Shown in pieces: positions 18,938 through 27,816 of a DNA stretch of 55,696 nt. A program made the translations under genes and the position numbers. This stretch comes from an uncultured Clostridia bacterium (GTDB lineage Bacteria > Bacillota > Clostridia > TANB77 > CAG-508). The stretch lies in assembly GCA_944390335.1 (NCBI GenBank), contig CALXQA010000001.1, forward strand, positions 1 through 55,696. The letters are read 5' to 3'. Position 1 is the stretch's first letter. Each line of letters begins with the position of its first letter. The notes under the pieces were generated by a model, which was given only the letters and a program-made list of their open reading frames with translations, did no database searches and was not told the origin of the DNA.

Positions 18938-19915
18938 CTATTTTCTATTTCTTTTTTTATTTATTTCTATAGCTTTTTTATAAATATTTCTACCAAAGTA
19001 TGAAAGTATTATTGCTATTTTATGTTTTTTACTTACATTTTTATCTTTTAATACATTTTTTCTATATTTTTTTACATTTGCTTTTGCTATTTTTAAATAT
19101 TCTTTATATTCTTTATTATCTGGAATTCTATACCAAAGGTAAAGTTCGTGGTCTACTAATAAAAATTCAGCAGCTTTAGTTAATTCTGGATAATTTTTAT
19201 TTACATCTTCTAAAATCTTGCTGCAATACTCTATAATTGCTTGTACATCTGTTTTTCTTATTTCATTATGTACTATACTACCTTCTCTTATTAAATAGTT
19301 ATATTTTTCTTTTGGTATATATATTATTTTATTTGCATTTAAGAATGTTTTATATATAACTGCTAAATCTTCATAATTTTTACCTAATGGAAATTTTATA
19401 TTTTCCCAAACTTTTTTCTTATATAACTTTCCCCATGGGCTATGCCTTAAAAAGTTATAGTAAAATAAATCTTTTACAGCTTCTACATTATTATATTCTT
19501 TTATTCCTTTTATTCCAAAGTCTTTATGTAAAACTTTTCCAGTCTCTTCTATTACATTTTTACAATTTATAACTGCTATATCTGCATTATATTTTTCTAA
19601 ATTACTATATAATACTTCTAAATAGTCATTGTCTATTGTATCATCACTATCTACAAATGTTACAAATGTTCCAGTAGAATTTTCTAAAGCTTTATTTCTT
19701 GCATCTGCTACCCCTTGATTTTTTATGCTTATTATTTTTATTCTATCATCTTGTTTTTGCATTTTCTTCATAATATTTAATGAGTCATCTTTTGACTCAT
19801 CATCTATTAATATAATTTCTATATTTTTATATGTTTGATTTATTATACTTTTTATACATTTTTCAATATATTTTTCTGCATTATATACTGGAACTAAAAC
19901 ACTTATTTTTTCCAT
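18938..19915 (-). CDS. Family 2 glycosyltransferase
   Basis: ISVLVPVYNAEKYIEKCIKSIINQTYKNIEIILIDDESKDDS plus a DSDD motif. ATG at 19915 with AAGGAA RBS. Confidence 0.85.
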   Translation of the reverse strand: MEKISVLVPVYNAEKYIEKCIKSIINQTYKNIEIILIDDESKDDSLNIMKKMQKQDDRIKIISIKNQGVADARNKALENSTGTFVTFVDSDDTIDNDYLEVLYSNLEKYNADIAVINCKNVIEETGKVLHKDFGIKGIKEYNNVEAVKDLFYYNFLRHSPWGKLYKKKVWENIKFPLGKNYEDLAVIYKTFLNANKIIYIPKEKYNYLIREGSIVHNEIRKTDVQAIIEYCSKILEDVNKNYPELTKAAEFLLVDHELYLWYRIPDNKEYKEYLKIAKANVKKYRKNVLKDKNVSKKHKIAIILSYFGRNIYKKAIEINKKRNRK

Positions 19916-19940
19916 CAATTTTATTTCCTTATTATTTTTT

Positions 19941-20819
19941 CTATATTTTTAACATATCTCCAAGTTTTTTATCTACATCTTCAAAATAGTCCAAATCTAC
20001 GCATCCTGCTGGTGTAAATGTAAGTTCTCCAAATATCGGTTTTGATTTATAATCATAGAAATCTACTCTCACAAATTCAAATGGTTTTGCTAGTTTTTCT
20101 GCATATTCATACATTTTATCTATACTTTCTGGCTTAGGTATTGTAAAGTTTTCTGGTGCATCTTTTCCTGCTTGATTTATTCTAAGCAAATTCCATTCTT
20201 TATCAAAATAAAAATATTTTGGTTTTCCCAAATTTCTCTCAACACACAATAAGCAAAACTTCGGCTTTCCATTAAAGCAATAAATTTTATAATCTTCTAT
20301 ACTATTCTGATCTTTGGATTCTAAATATTTTTCACATATTATTTTCTTCTCTACATTCTTATATTGAACTTCCGCCACATATTTCCAGTAATCTGTTTTT
20401 AGCCATTTTTCCAACTTTTTCTTGGTTTCTTTTATATTAAGCTTTGTTTTGTCTTGACATATTATATTAAATCCTGATGCATGATTACATTTTAAAACAA
20501 ATTTATTAGGAAGTTTATTAAAATCTATTTCATCTACACTATTATATACTCCTATAAGGTCATTTAATATTTCTTTTCCACATATCTTTTCTACATATTC
20601 TCTTACCTTATATTTATCTGCACAATTAGTTACTAATTCGTTGTTATCATATTCATTAAATTTTAGATACATTAATTTTTCATTAAATGTTTGAGGATTT
20701 TTTAAATCTAATTTCTTACCCATTTTTATGCGATAATAAATCTTACTTGTAAGTTTTGGTGAAAAATTAGATATTATTGACATTACATATCTAAACATTT
20801 CTCGTAGCCATTTTTCCAT
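19941..20819 (-). CDS. TupA-like ATP-grasp amidoligase
   Basis: LKNPQTFNEKLMYLKFNEYD..CADKYKVREYV..LPNKFVLKCNHASGFNII matches the ATPgrasp_TupA pattern. Confidence 0.7.
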   Translation of the reverse strand: MEKWLREMFRYVMSIISNFSPKLTSKIYYRIKMGKKLDLKNPQTFNEKLMYLKFNEYDNNELVTNCADKYKVREYVEKICGKEILNDLIGVYNSVDEIDFNKLPNKFVLKCNHASGFNIICQDKTKLNIKETKKKLEKWLKTDYWKYVAEVQYKNVEKKIICEKYLESKDQNSIEDYKIYCFNGKPKFCLLCVERNLGKPKYFYFDKEWNLLRINQAGKDAPENFTIPKPESIDKMYEYAEKLAKPFEFVRVDFYDYKSKPIFGELTFTPAGCVDLDYFEDVDKKLGDMLKI

Positions 20820-20869
20820 TTTTTTCTCCTTTATGTTCTAGTTCAATTGTTAATATTATGCTTAAATAA

Positions 20870-21355
20870 TTATAATAACTGATTAATTTTATTTTCTATT
20901 GAGTTTATTAAGCTTGTATTATTTTCTTCCCATTTTATTGGTCTATATTCATTTATTTTTTGAATCACATCATATAGTTCATCCATTTCTGTTACAACTG
21001 GTATATTATATTTTTCATGAAATACCTCTGCAAGTTCTAATTGATGATTGTCCACATGTTCTCCAAATTCTTTTCGTCTTGGTACTATAATTATTCTTTT
21101 TCCCATTTTCAAAGAATTTATTATGCTTCCTGTTCCGGAATGTGTAATTATTATTTCTGCATCTTCAGTTATTTTATCAATTTCTTCTTGTGGCTTTAGT
21201 CTAAATGTTTTAAAATTTTTTGGCTGATACTCTTGGCATACATTTTGTACCATTATATCTTCTTTTTTTAATTTATTTTCATCTATAAGCTTATCTAATT
21301 CTTTTAAAATTCTATCGAACTGAAATTTTTGAGTACCTAAAGTGACAAAAATCAT
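20870..21355 (-). CDS. Alg13-like / PssE-Cps14G-type glycosyltransferase catalytic subunit (Glyco_tran_28_C)
   Basis: 161 aa. MIFVTLGTQKFQFDRILKELDKLI..ITHSGTGSI is typical of Cps14G/PssE/Alg13. Confidence 0.75.
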   Translation of the reverse strand: MIFVTLGTQKFQFDRILKELDKLIDENKLKKEDIMVQNVCQEYQPKNFKTFRLKPQEEIDKITEDAEIIITHSGTGSIINSLKMGKRIIIVPRRKEFGEHVDNHQLELAEVFHEKYNIPVVTEMDELYDVIQKINEYRPIKWEENNTSLINSIENKINQLL

Positions 21356-21370
21356 TATTGTTTCCCCCGC

Positions 21371-22963
21371 TTAATATATTTCACCATCATAATGTGCTTT
21401 TGGATAAAACTTTTTCATTTCTTCCCATTGTACATAAAAGTCATCTGCAAATTTATATATAATTCTTCCTGTTATTGTTGGACTATTTATTTTTGCAAAA
21501 GATTCTATATATATAACTTTTCCATCTAAAAGCTTTATAAATAGGCATACAAAAGTTGTTGCTCCTGCTCCTGTACTTATTATTACATCTGGATTATACC
21601 ATATTGCTACATATATTGCTTTTAGAAAGTTGAATATGAATTCTAATATAAATGATATATTTTTTCTTTCTTGTTGCATTAAGTATCTTACCTTATATTT
21701 TTTACTATATCCTTTTGCAATTTCGTTCTTTTCTGTTAGTATAAATGTATTATATTTTTCTGACATTTTAAATAACTGTTTTAATTGCATAAAATGTCCA
21801 CCTGCTGATGAACATAGGCATAATTTAATGTTTTTCTTTTTTATTTCTAAGTATATTTTTTCTAATTTTTCTAAATATTTTTCTAAATTAAATTGTTCCT
21901 TTATAGTTTTATATGCATTTTTTGATAATTTTTCTCTATATTCTTTATTTGATATAATTATTTTTATACTTTCTTTTATTGATTTAATATTTCCAGGTTT
22001 TATTAATATTCCATTTTCTTTATTATGTATTATTTCTGGTATTCCGCCTACATCACTTGTTATAACTGGAAGTGAAAAGCTCATTGCTTCTAATACTGAC
22101 ATAGGTAATCCTTCATTATATGATGGAAGTATATAAAAGTCTGATTTTTTTAAGTATTCTTTCTTTTTTTCTTCATCAAGCCATTCTATAATTTCTATAT
22201 TGTCTTGTAATTTTTCTTCATTAACAAGATTTTTTGCTTTATCTACTTCTCCATCTCCTGCTATTATAATTTTTACATTTATATTTTCTTTTTTTAATTC
22301 TTTTACAGCTTCTATTACATCATATATACCTTTTCTTTTTCCTATTCTCCCTAGTAAAAGCCCTGTATATATTTCTTTACTCTCTTTTCTTTCTATAACT
22401 TCTGGCACTTTTACAGAATTATACATTACTTCTATTTTTTCACTATCTACTAATTTTTCAAAAAACTTTTTCCAGCTTTCTGATAAAACTATTATTTTTT
22501 CAGACTGATTTAAAACTTTTTTGATATATTTTTGTTTTTTAGGATTTAAATTATTAAAGAATTCTTCAAAACAAGCACCATGTATATGCATTATAGTTTT
22601 TATACCAACTACTTTACATATTGATGATATAATAGATTTTCTATAAAAACTTCCAAATGATGCACTATGAATATGTGCTAATTCTATTCTATATATTAAT
22701 TTATATATTAATATTCGAAAAGTCGCCAAAAAGAATAAACAAAACTTTTTCCCATCTATATATGTAGAAATGTGCTTTATATTATATTTATCTTTTAAAT
22801 GTGAAGAATATATTTGACTCATAACAGTAGCCATTCCACCTTTATCTTTTAAAGATGGACCTATTTCTAATATTACTTTTTTCTTTTTATGTTTTAATAT
22901 TTTTAAAACTATTATTAATATTATAATTAAAATCAATGCTATAACAATATTTCTAAACTGCAT
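21371..22963 (-). CDS. Fusion protein: N-terminal membrane anchor + GT4 glycosyltransferase + C-terminal Alg14-like (PssD/Cps14F-type) domain
   Basis: 530 aa. TM segment IVIALILIIILIIVLKIL. GT4 signature LPSYNEGLPMSVLEAMSFSLPVITSDVGGIPEII. From about residue 375, IKLCLCSSAGGHFMQLKQLF..ISTGAGATTF is typical of Alg14/PssD. Confidence 0.75.
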   Translation of the reverse strand: MQFRNIVIALILIIILIIVLKILKHKKKKVILEIGPSLKDKGGMATVMSQIYSSHLKDKYNIKHISTYIDGKKFCLFFLATFRILIYKLIYRIELAHIHSASFGSFYRKSIISSICKVVGIKTIMHIHGACFEEFFNNLNPKKQKYIKKVLNQSEKIIVLSESWKKFFEKLVDSEKIEVMYNSVKVPEVIERKESKEIYTGLLLGRIGKRKGIYDVIEAVKELKKENINVKIIIAGDGEVDKAKNLVNEEKLQDNIEIIEWLDEEKKKEYLKKSDFYILPSYNEGLPMSVLEAMSFSLPVITSDVGGIPEIIHNKENGILIKPGNIKSIKESIKIIISNKEYREKLSKNAYKTIKEQFNLEKYLEKLEKIYLEIKKKNIKLCLCSSAGGHFMQLKQLFKMSEKYNTFILTEKNEIAKGYSKKYKVRYLMQQERKNISFILEFIFNFLKAIYVAIWYNPDVIISTGAGATTFVCLFIKLLDGKVIYIESFAKINSPTITGRIIYKFADDFYVQWEEMKKFYPKAHYDGEIY

Positions 22964-22995
22964 TATTTTATTTCTCCTGATTTTTATCTTAAAAA

Positions 22996-23024
22996 ATTAT
23001 ACTCTATAAATATGATAAAATCAA
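22996..23024 (-). promoter_or_regulatory. SigmaA-type promoter of the glycan operon (TTGATT-17-TATAAT)
   Basis: Minus strand reads TTGATT ttatcatatttatagag TATAAT, about 30 nt upstream of the ATG at 22963. Confidence 0.5.
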
Positions 23025-23031
23025 TAGAAAA

Positions 23032-23072
23032 TTTAAACCAAAAATGATAAATTTTATCACCTTTGGTTTAAA
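23032..23072 (-). terminator. Long hairpin terminator after the Lon-like gene
   Basis: tttaaaccaaa..(inner tgataa/ttatca pairing)..tttggtttaaa: 11-bp outer stem followed by a U-rich tract on the minus strand. Confidence 0.5.
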
Positions 23073-23108
23073 ATTTATTTTATCTGCAATATTTATATAC
23101 ATTATATC

Positions 23109-25475
23109 TTATTCATCTTTACTTGCTTTTGCATATTTTTTTAGTGTTTGATATACTAAAAAATTTATTGTCCCTGGTATATCTTTTTTTCCTGCTGGTA
23201 CTCCTGTTAATATCTCAATTCCTTCATCTATTGTAGATACTGAATATATGTGGAATTTTCCATTTTTTACTGCATTTACCACTTCATCATCTAGGTTTAA
23301 ATTTTGTATGTTTTGAGTAGGTATCATAACACCTTGTTTACCTGTTAACCCTTTTAGCTTGCAAATTTCAAAATATCCTTCTATTTTTTCATTTACACCA
23401 CCAATTGCTTGTATTTCTCCTTTTTGATTTACCGAACCTGTAACAGCAATTCCCTGGTTTATTGGTACTCCTGATAAATTAGAAAGTAAAGCATAAAGTT
23501 CAGTACTAGATGCACTATCACCATCTACTCCATTATATAATTGTTCAAAACAAATACTTGCTGTAAGTGATAAAGGCATATCTTTTGCAAATTTCTCTCC
23601 TAAATACCCATTTAAAATCAAAATTCCTTTTGAATGTGAAGATCCTGAAAGTTCTACCTCTCTTTCTATGTCTATAATTCCTTTTTTTCCTGTATAGGTA
23701 TTTACTGTAATTCTTACTGGCTTTCCAAATGAATAGTCTCCAATGCTCATTACGGTAAGACCATTTATTTGTCCTATCTTTTCGCCTTCTGTATCTATTA
23801 ATAATGTACCTTCTTCTATCATTTCTGTATATTTTTCATCATATTTTTTAAGTCTATTTTTTCTTTCATCTAATGCTTTTTCTATATACTCTTTTGTTAC
23901 CACTTTTGCTTTATTTAATCTTGCCCAAGTAGCTGCTTCTGCTATTACTTGTGCTAAGTCTCCAAATCTTGTAGATATTCTATTTTGATTAGTTGATAGT
24001 CTTGTAGAATATTCTGCAAGTTTTGCAACTGCAAATTTATCTAAATGTGGTAATTCATCATCTTCGCAATATCCATGTACGAATTTTGCTAGATTTTTTA
24101 GATTATCATTATTAAGTGGTGCATCATCTTCAAATTCTACTTTTATCTTGAATAATTTTCTAAAATCACTATCTACAGATAATAGTGTTTGATATACATT
24201 TTCATTTCCTATTATAATAACTTTAAGGTCAAGTGGTATTGGCTCTGGTTTAAGTGATACCATTACCATTGAAGTTTTTTGGTCTATTGAATTATCTATT
24301 CCTAGTTCTTTATTTCTTAAAACTTTTTTTAAGTTATCATATGCTACTGGATTAGTTAGTAAATCATTTGCTTGAAATATTATATATCCACCATTTGCCT
24401 TGTGAAGAAGTCCTGGTCTTATCATTGTATAGTCTGTTTTTAGTATTCCATAATGGTTTTCATATTCTAGCCTTCCAAAGATATTTCCAAAGCTATAGTT
24501 TGTATCCATTATAACTGGGGCACCTTCTGTTTGACTATTGTCTATAAATAGATTTACTCTATAGTTGTCCCATGGATTTTGCTCTATTACTTTTGGTATA
24601 CCATTTTCTACTTGTTTCTTTTCTTCACTTATAAATTTAGATATATTTTTAAGTATATCTTTTTTTATTCCATTTAAAAAGTTATTTATTTTTTTACTTC
24701 TTTTAAATTTAGATTTTACTATTGATATTTGTCCTTCTATTGCGAGTGATGCTATACTTGATTGCCATTCTGATACTTTTTGTTCTGATTCTTCTTCTAT
24801 TTCTTTTATTTTACCTATTACTCTTATTATTTGTTCTTGAACTATACCTGACTTACTTTCATATTCTTGTTTTATTTTTTCATCTAATTTATCAAATTCT
24901 TCTTCTTTTATTATTTTACCATCTAATACTGGCATCATGTATATTCCTGTATCTGATGATTTAACTTGAAATCCATATTTTGCTGATTGAACATTTAAGT
25001 CTTCTAAAAGTTTACTTCTTTTTTCTTGATATTTTTGCATTATTACTTTTTTTTCTTTTTCAAAGTCATTATTATTAAATGTTCCTCTTATATCTGTTAT
25101 TATGTTTTTTATAAACTTGTCCATTGTATCTACAAATTCTTGACCTTGTCCTGCTGGAAGATTTAATGCTACTGGTTCATTTGGATTTTCAAAATTATAT
25201 ATATAGCACCAATCTTGTGGTACTTTTTTATTTTTACTTATTTTTTCTAAATAGTTTTTTGTATACATTGTTTTTCCTACACCGGAAGGTCCTTCTAAGT
25301 ATAGGTTATATCCATTTACATCTACATTTAGTCCAAATTTTAATGATTCTATTCCTCTTTCTTGTCCTATTCCTTCATAATTTCTTTCTAATTCCTCTGT
25401 TGTTACAAAATTAAATACATCTGGATTACATGTATATTTTAATTTTTTATATGATACTTCATTTGTTGTTTTCAT
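23109..25475 (-). CDS. Lon-like ATP-dependent protease (COG1067 type: AAA+ P-loop + S16 Ser-Lys protease domain)
   Basis: 788 aa. Walker A LEGPSGVGKT. C-terminal VDGDSASSTELYALLS (Ser nucleophile context) and GGVNEKIEGYFE (Lys). Confidence 0.75.
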   Translation of the reverse strand: MKTTNEVSYKKLKYTCNPDVFNFVTTEELERNYEGIGQERGIESLKFGLNVDVNGYNLYLEGPSGVGKTMYTKNYLEKISKNKKVPQDWCYIYNFENPNEPVALNLPAGQGQEFVDTMDKFIKNIITDIRGTFNNNDFEKEKKVIMQKYQEKRSKLLEDLNVQSAKYGFQVKSSDTGIYMMPVLDGKIIKEEEFDKLDEKIKQEYESKSGIVQEQIIRVIGKIKEIEEESEQKVSEWQSSIASLAIEGQISIVKSKFKRSKKINNFLNGIKKDILKNISKFISEEKKQVENGIPKVIEQNPWDNYRVNLFIDNSQTEGAPVIMDTNYSFGNIFGRLEYENHYGILKTDYTMIRPGLLHKANGGYIIFQANDLLTNPVAYDNLKKVLRNKELGIDNSIDQKTSMVMVSLKPEPIPLDLKVIIIGNENVYQTLLSVDSDFRKLFKIKVEFEDDAPLNNDNLKNLAKFVHGYCEDDELPHLDKFAVAKLAEYSTRLSTNQNRISTRFGDLAQVIAEAATWARLNKAKVVTKEYIEKALDERKNRLKKYDEKYTEMIEEGTLLIDTEGEKIGQINGLTVMSIGDYSFGKPVRITVNTYTGKKGIIDIEREVELSGSSHSKGILILNGYLGEKFAKDMPLSLTASICFEQLYNGVDGDSASSTELYALLSNLSGVPINQGIAVTGSVNQKGEIQAIGGVNEKIEGYFEICKLKGLTGKQGVMIPTQNIQNLNLDDEVVNAVKNGKFHIYSVSTIDEGIEILTGVPAGKKDIPGTINFLVYQTLKKYAKASKDE

Positions 25476-25534
25476 GTTTTTTAATTTCCTTTCTTTCTTC
25501 TGTTTATTATTATTTCATATTTTCAAATTTTTAT

Positions 25535-26692
25535 TTATCTATTTACAAAATTGGTCATTAAAATTGCATCATCACCATTATAGTATTTTTTCCTCTTGCC
25601 TACTTCTTCAAAACCAAATGTTTTATATAAGTCTATTGCTGTTTTATTTTTTTCATTTACTTCTAAGTTTATTTTCTCTATATCAGAAAAATAAGCATAT
25701 CTTATAACATAACTAAGCATGCTTGATGCTAGTCCTTGATTTTTTTTGTCTTTTCTTGTTACTATATTCATTATTTCCATTTCTTCAAATATAGTTCTAA
25801 ATCCAATAAAGCCGTATATTTCTTCATTTTGCTTTATTATGTAGTATTTTGAGTTTTGGTAATCTTCTTCTAATATCTTATAGTCCCATATATTTTCGAA
25901 TTTTTGATAGTTTATTTTTATTTTTTCTAAATCGGTATATCCCATCTCTAATATTGCTATATCGTCTGACATACCTTCTTTTTGTCTTTGTGCTTGTGGC
26001 TTTCTTAAATACATTGGATTTATACTTTCTGAGTATCCATATATACCCATATTATATCTGTTATATGCTGCTATTCCTGCTCCTATTGCTAATCCTGGAT
26101 ATTGCTCAATATATTCATGATTGCATACATCTTTACTATTTGCTTTTTCTTTTGCTATTTGTGCTAAATATAGTGGTTCTATCTTTTCTATATTTAATTC
26201 ACCTATAAAATATGTAGGAATTTTTAAATTGTCTATATAGCTTACCATTTCTGATATTTGCATAATATCTGGACTTCTATATATTGATAATTTTCCTTTT
26301 TTTACTTTATATATTGCATAATACACATTTTCATTTTTTGCATCTATTATTGATACATATTCTCCATCACCTTTTAAAATCTGTCCTGAGTATGCTAATG
26401 CCTCTAATGAATTGACACCTACTATTGGTATTTTTTTAGCATCTGAAAATGCTTTTACTGTGGCTAATCCTATTCTTATTCCTGTAAATGAGCCTGGTCC
26501 TTTTGTACATGCTATTAAATCTATATTGTCTAATGTTAGATTTAATGACTTCATAAGTTCATCTATCATTGGCATAAGTGTTTCTGAATGTTCTTTTTTG
26601 CTTTGGTCATGAATTTCTTTTAATACAGTTTTATTCTCTAAAACTGCAACTTGTGCAATTTCTACTGATGTATCAATTGAAAGAATTTTCAT
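25535..26692 (-). CDS. tsaB-rimI: Fused TsaB (t6A37 threonylcarbamoyltransferase complex dimerization subunit) - RimI-type N-acetyltransferase
   Basis: N-terminal half MKILSIDTS..GPGSFTGIRIGLATVKAF (TsaB). C-terminal half QGLASSMLSYVIRYA..INLEVNEKNKTAIDLYKTFGFEEVGKRKKYY (GNAT/RimI). Start set at the ATG at 26692 (GGAAGGTGAG RBS, promoter upstream) instead of the track start 26761. Confidence 0.8.
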   Translation of the reverse strand: MKILSIDTSVEIAQVAVLENKTVLKEIHDQSKKEHSETLMPMIDELMKSLNLTLDNIDLIACTKGPGSFTGIRIGLATVKAFSDAKKIPIVGVNSLEALAYSGQILKGDGEYVSIIDAKNENVYYAIYKVKKGKLSIYRSPDIMQISEMVSYIDNLKIPTYFIGELNIEKIEPLYLAQIAKEKANSKDVCNHEYIEQYPGLAIGAGIAAYNRYNMGIYGYSESINPMYLRKPQAQRQKEGMSDDIAILEMGYTDLEKIKINYQKFENIWDYKILEEDYQNSKYYIIKQNEEIYGFIGFRTIFEEMEIMNIVTRKDKKNQGLASSMLSYVIRYAYFSDIEKINLEVNEKNKTAIDLYKTFGFEEVGKRKKYYNGDDAILMTNFVNR

Positions 26693-26729
26693 TATTCTCA
26701 CCTTCCTTTTCGCCACTTTTCCTTTATAT

Positions 26730-26758
26730 GTTATATAATAGGATTGTGCAAAAGTCAA
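26730..26758 (-). promoter_or_regulatory. SigmaA-type promoter of tsaB-rimI (TTGACT-17-TATAAC)
   Basis: Minus strand reads TTGACT tttgcacaatcctatta TATAAC, 37 nt upstream of the ATG at 26692. Confidence 0.5.
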
Positions 26759-26834
26759 CATTTTTATTCATTTAGCACCAAAAAAGTATTTTATATTTTT
26801 ATTTTTCATTAACTTTAAATCTAAACACATCTAA

Positions 26835-27788
26835 TTAATCATTTGAAGCTATTTGCATGATTTTTTGAATAATTTTCAAGTCTTCTATTTTATTAATTCC
26901 AAAGCATTTCTTTCCTAAATCTTTTATAGATGCTCCTAAATGGTACATTTCTTTATTATCTATTACTATAAATCTATCATGAAATTTATTTGTTTTTGAT
27001 AGTTTTAATATTGGATATTCTTTATTAAATTTTTTTACATCTAAACTTTCTATTTTACTTTTGTCTGATGTAAGTATTACGACTTCTACTTTTTCTTTCT
27101 TTTTACTTAGCATCTTTAATATACTATCATCTATATAATTATCTATTATTAAAATTTTCTTATCTGCTCTTTTTATTAGGTCTATTATTAGACTATATGC
27201 ATCATATATTTGTCCTTCAAAAAAGATTCTTTGTTTTACATTTTCTTCTACCCCAAGACTATTAAATACTTCATCAAACTTTTTATCATGTTCTAACAGT
27301 TTATATTCTACTGTCGTTAGTCTTTCATATATTTGTCCATTAAGCATTAAAAATTTTCTCATTTCCACAAAAGCATTTATAATATTTATACTAACTCTAA
27401 TAGCAATATCATTCTTCAATAATCCTGATAACATTGCTATTCCTTGCTCTGTAAATACATATGGTCTATATTTATTTCCTCTATATTTAATATTTTCATT
27501 TTTTGAGCTGGTCGCAATTTGCGACCAGTTATCTTCTTCAGTATAATTTACAGTAACCTTTTTTGACTTAAGTTCTTTTACATCTTCATCAGTTAATTGA
27601 AAACAAAAATTTTCAGGAAATCTTTGTTTATTTCTATTTACTGTTTCATTTATTCTTTTAGTAGGATAATTATACAGCATCGCTACATCACTATCTAACA
27701 TTACTTGTTTTCCTCTTATAGTGTATATTAGCTTCTTTATTTCTTCATTAGTTTTCTCATTTTGTACTATTAATTTATCTTCTTCCAT
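26835..27788 (-). CDS. ORF6N (KilA-N-like DNA-binding) domain protein with C-terminal HKD/PLD-like module
   Basis: IYTIRGKQVMLDSDVAMLYNYPTKRINETVNRNKQRFPENFCFQLT and RPYVFTEQGIAMLSGLLKNDIAIRVSINIINAFVEMR are typical ORF6N. The tail carries FHDRFIVIDNKEMYHLGASIKDLGKK (HxR-x4-D..GAS). Start set at the ATG at 27788 (AAGGA RBS); the track's TTG at 27845 is the -35 hexamer. Confidence 0.7.
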   Translation of the reverse strand: MEEDKLIVQNEKTNEEIKKLIYTIRGKQVMLDSDVAMLYNYPTKRINETVNRNKQRFPENFCFQLTDEDVKELKSKKVTVNYTEEDNWSQIATSSKNENIKYRGNKYRPYVFTEQGIAMLSGLLKNDIAIRVSINIINAFVEMRKFLMLNGQIYERLTTVEYKLLEHDKKFDEVFNSLGVEENVKQRIFFEGQIYDAYSLIIDLIKRADKKILIIDNYIDDSILKMLSKKKEKVEVVILTSDKSKIESLDVKKFNKEYPILKLSKTNKFHDRFIVIDNKEMYHLGASIKDLGKKCFGINKIEDLKIIQKIMQIASND

Positions 27789-27816
27789 ATTTACACATCC
27801 TTTTTTATTTGTTGTA

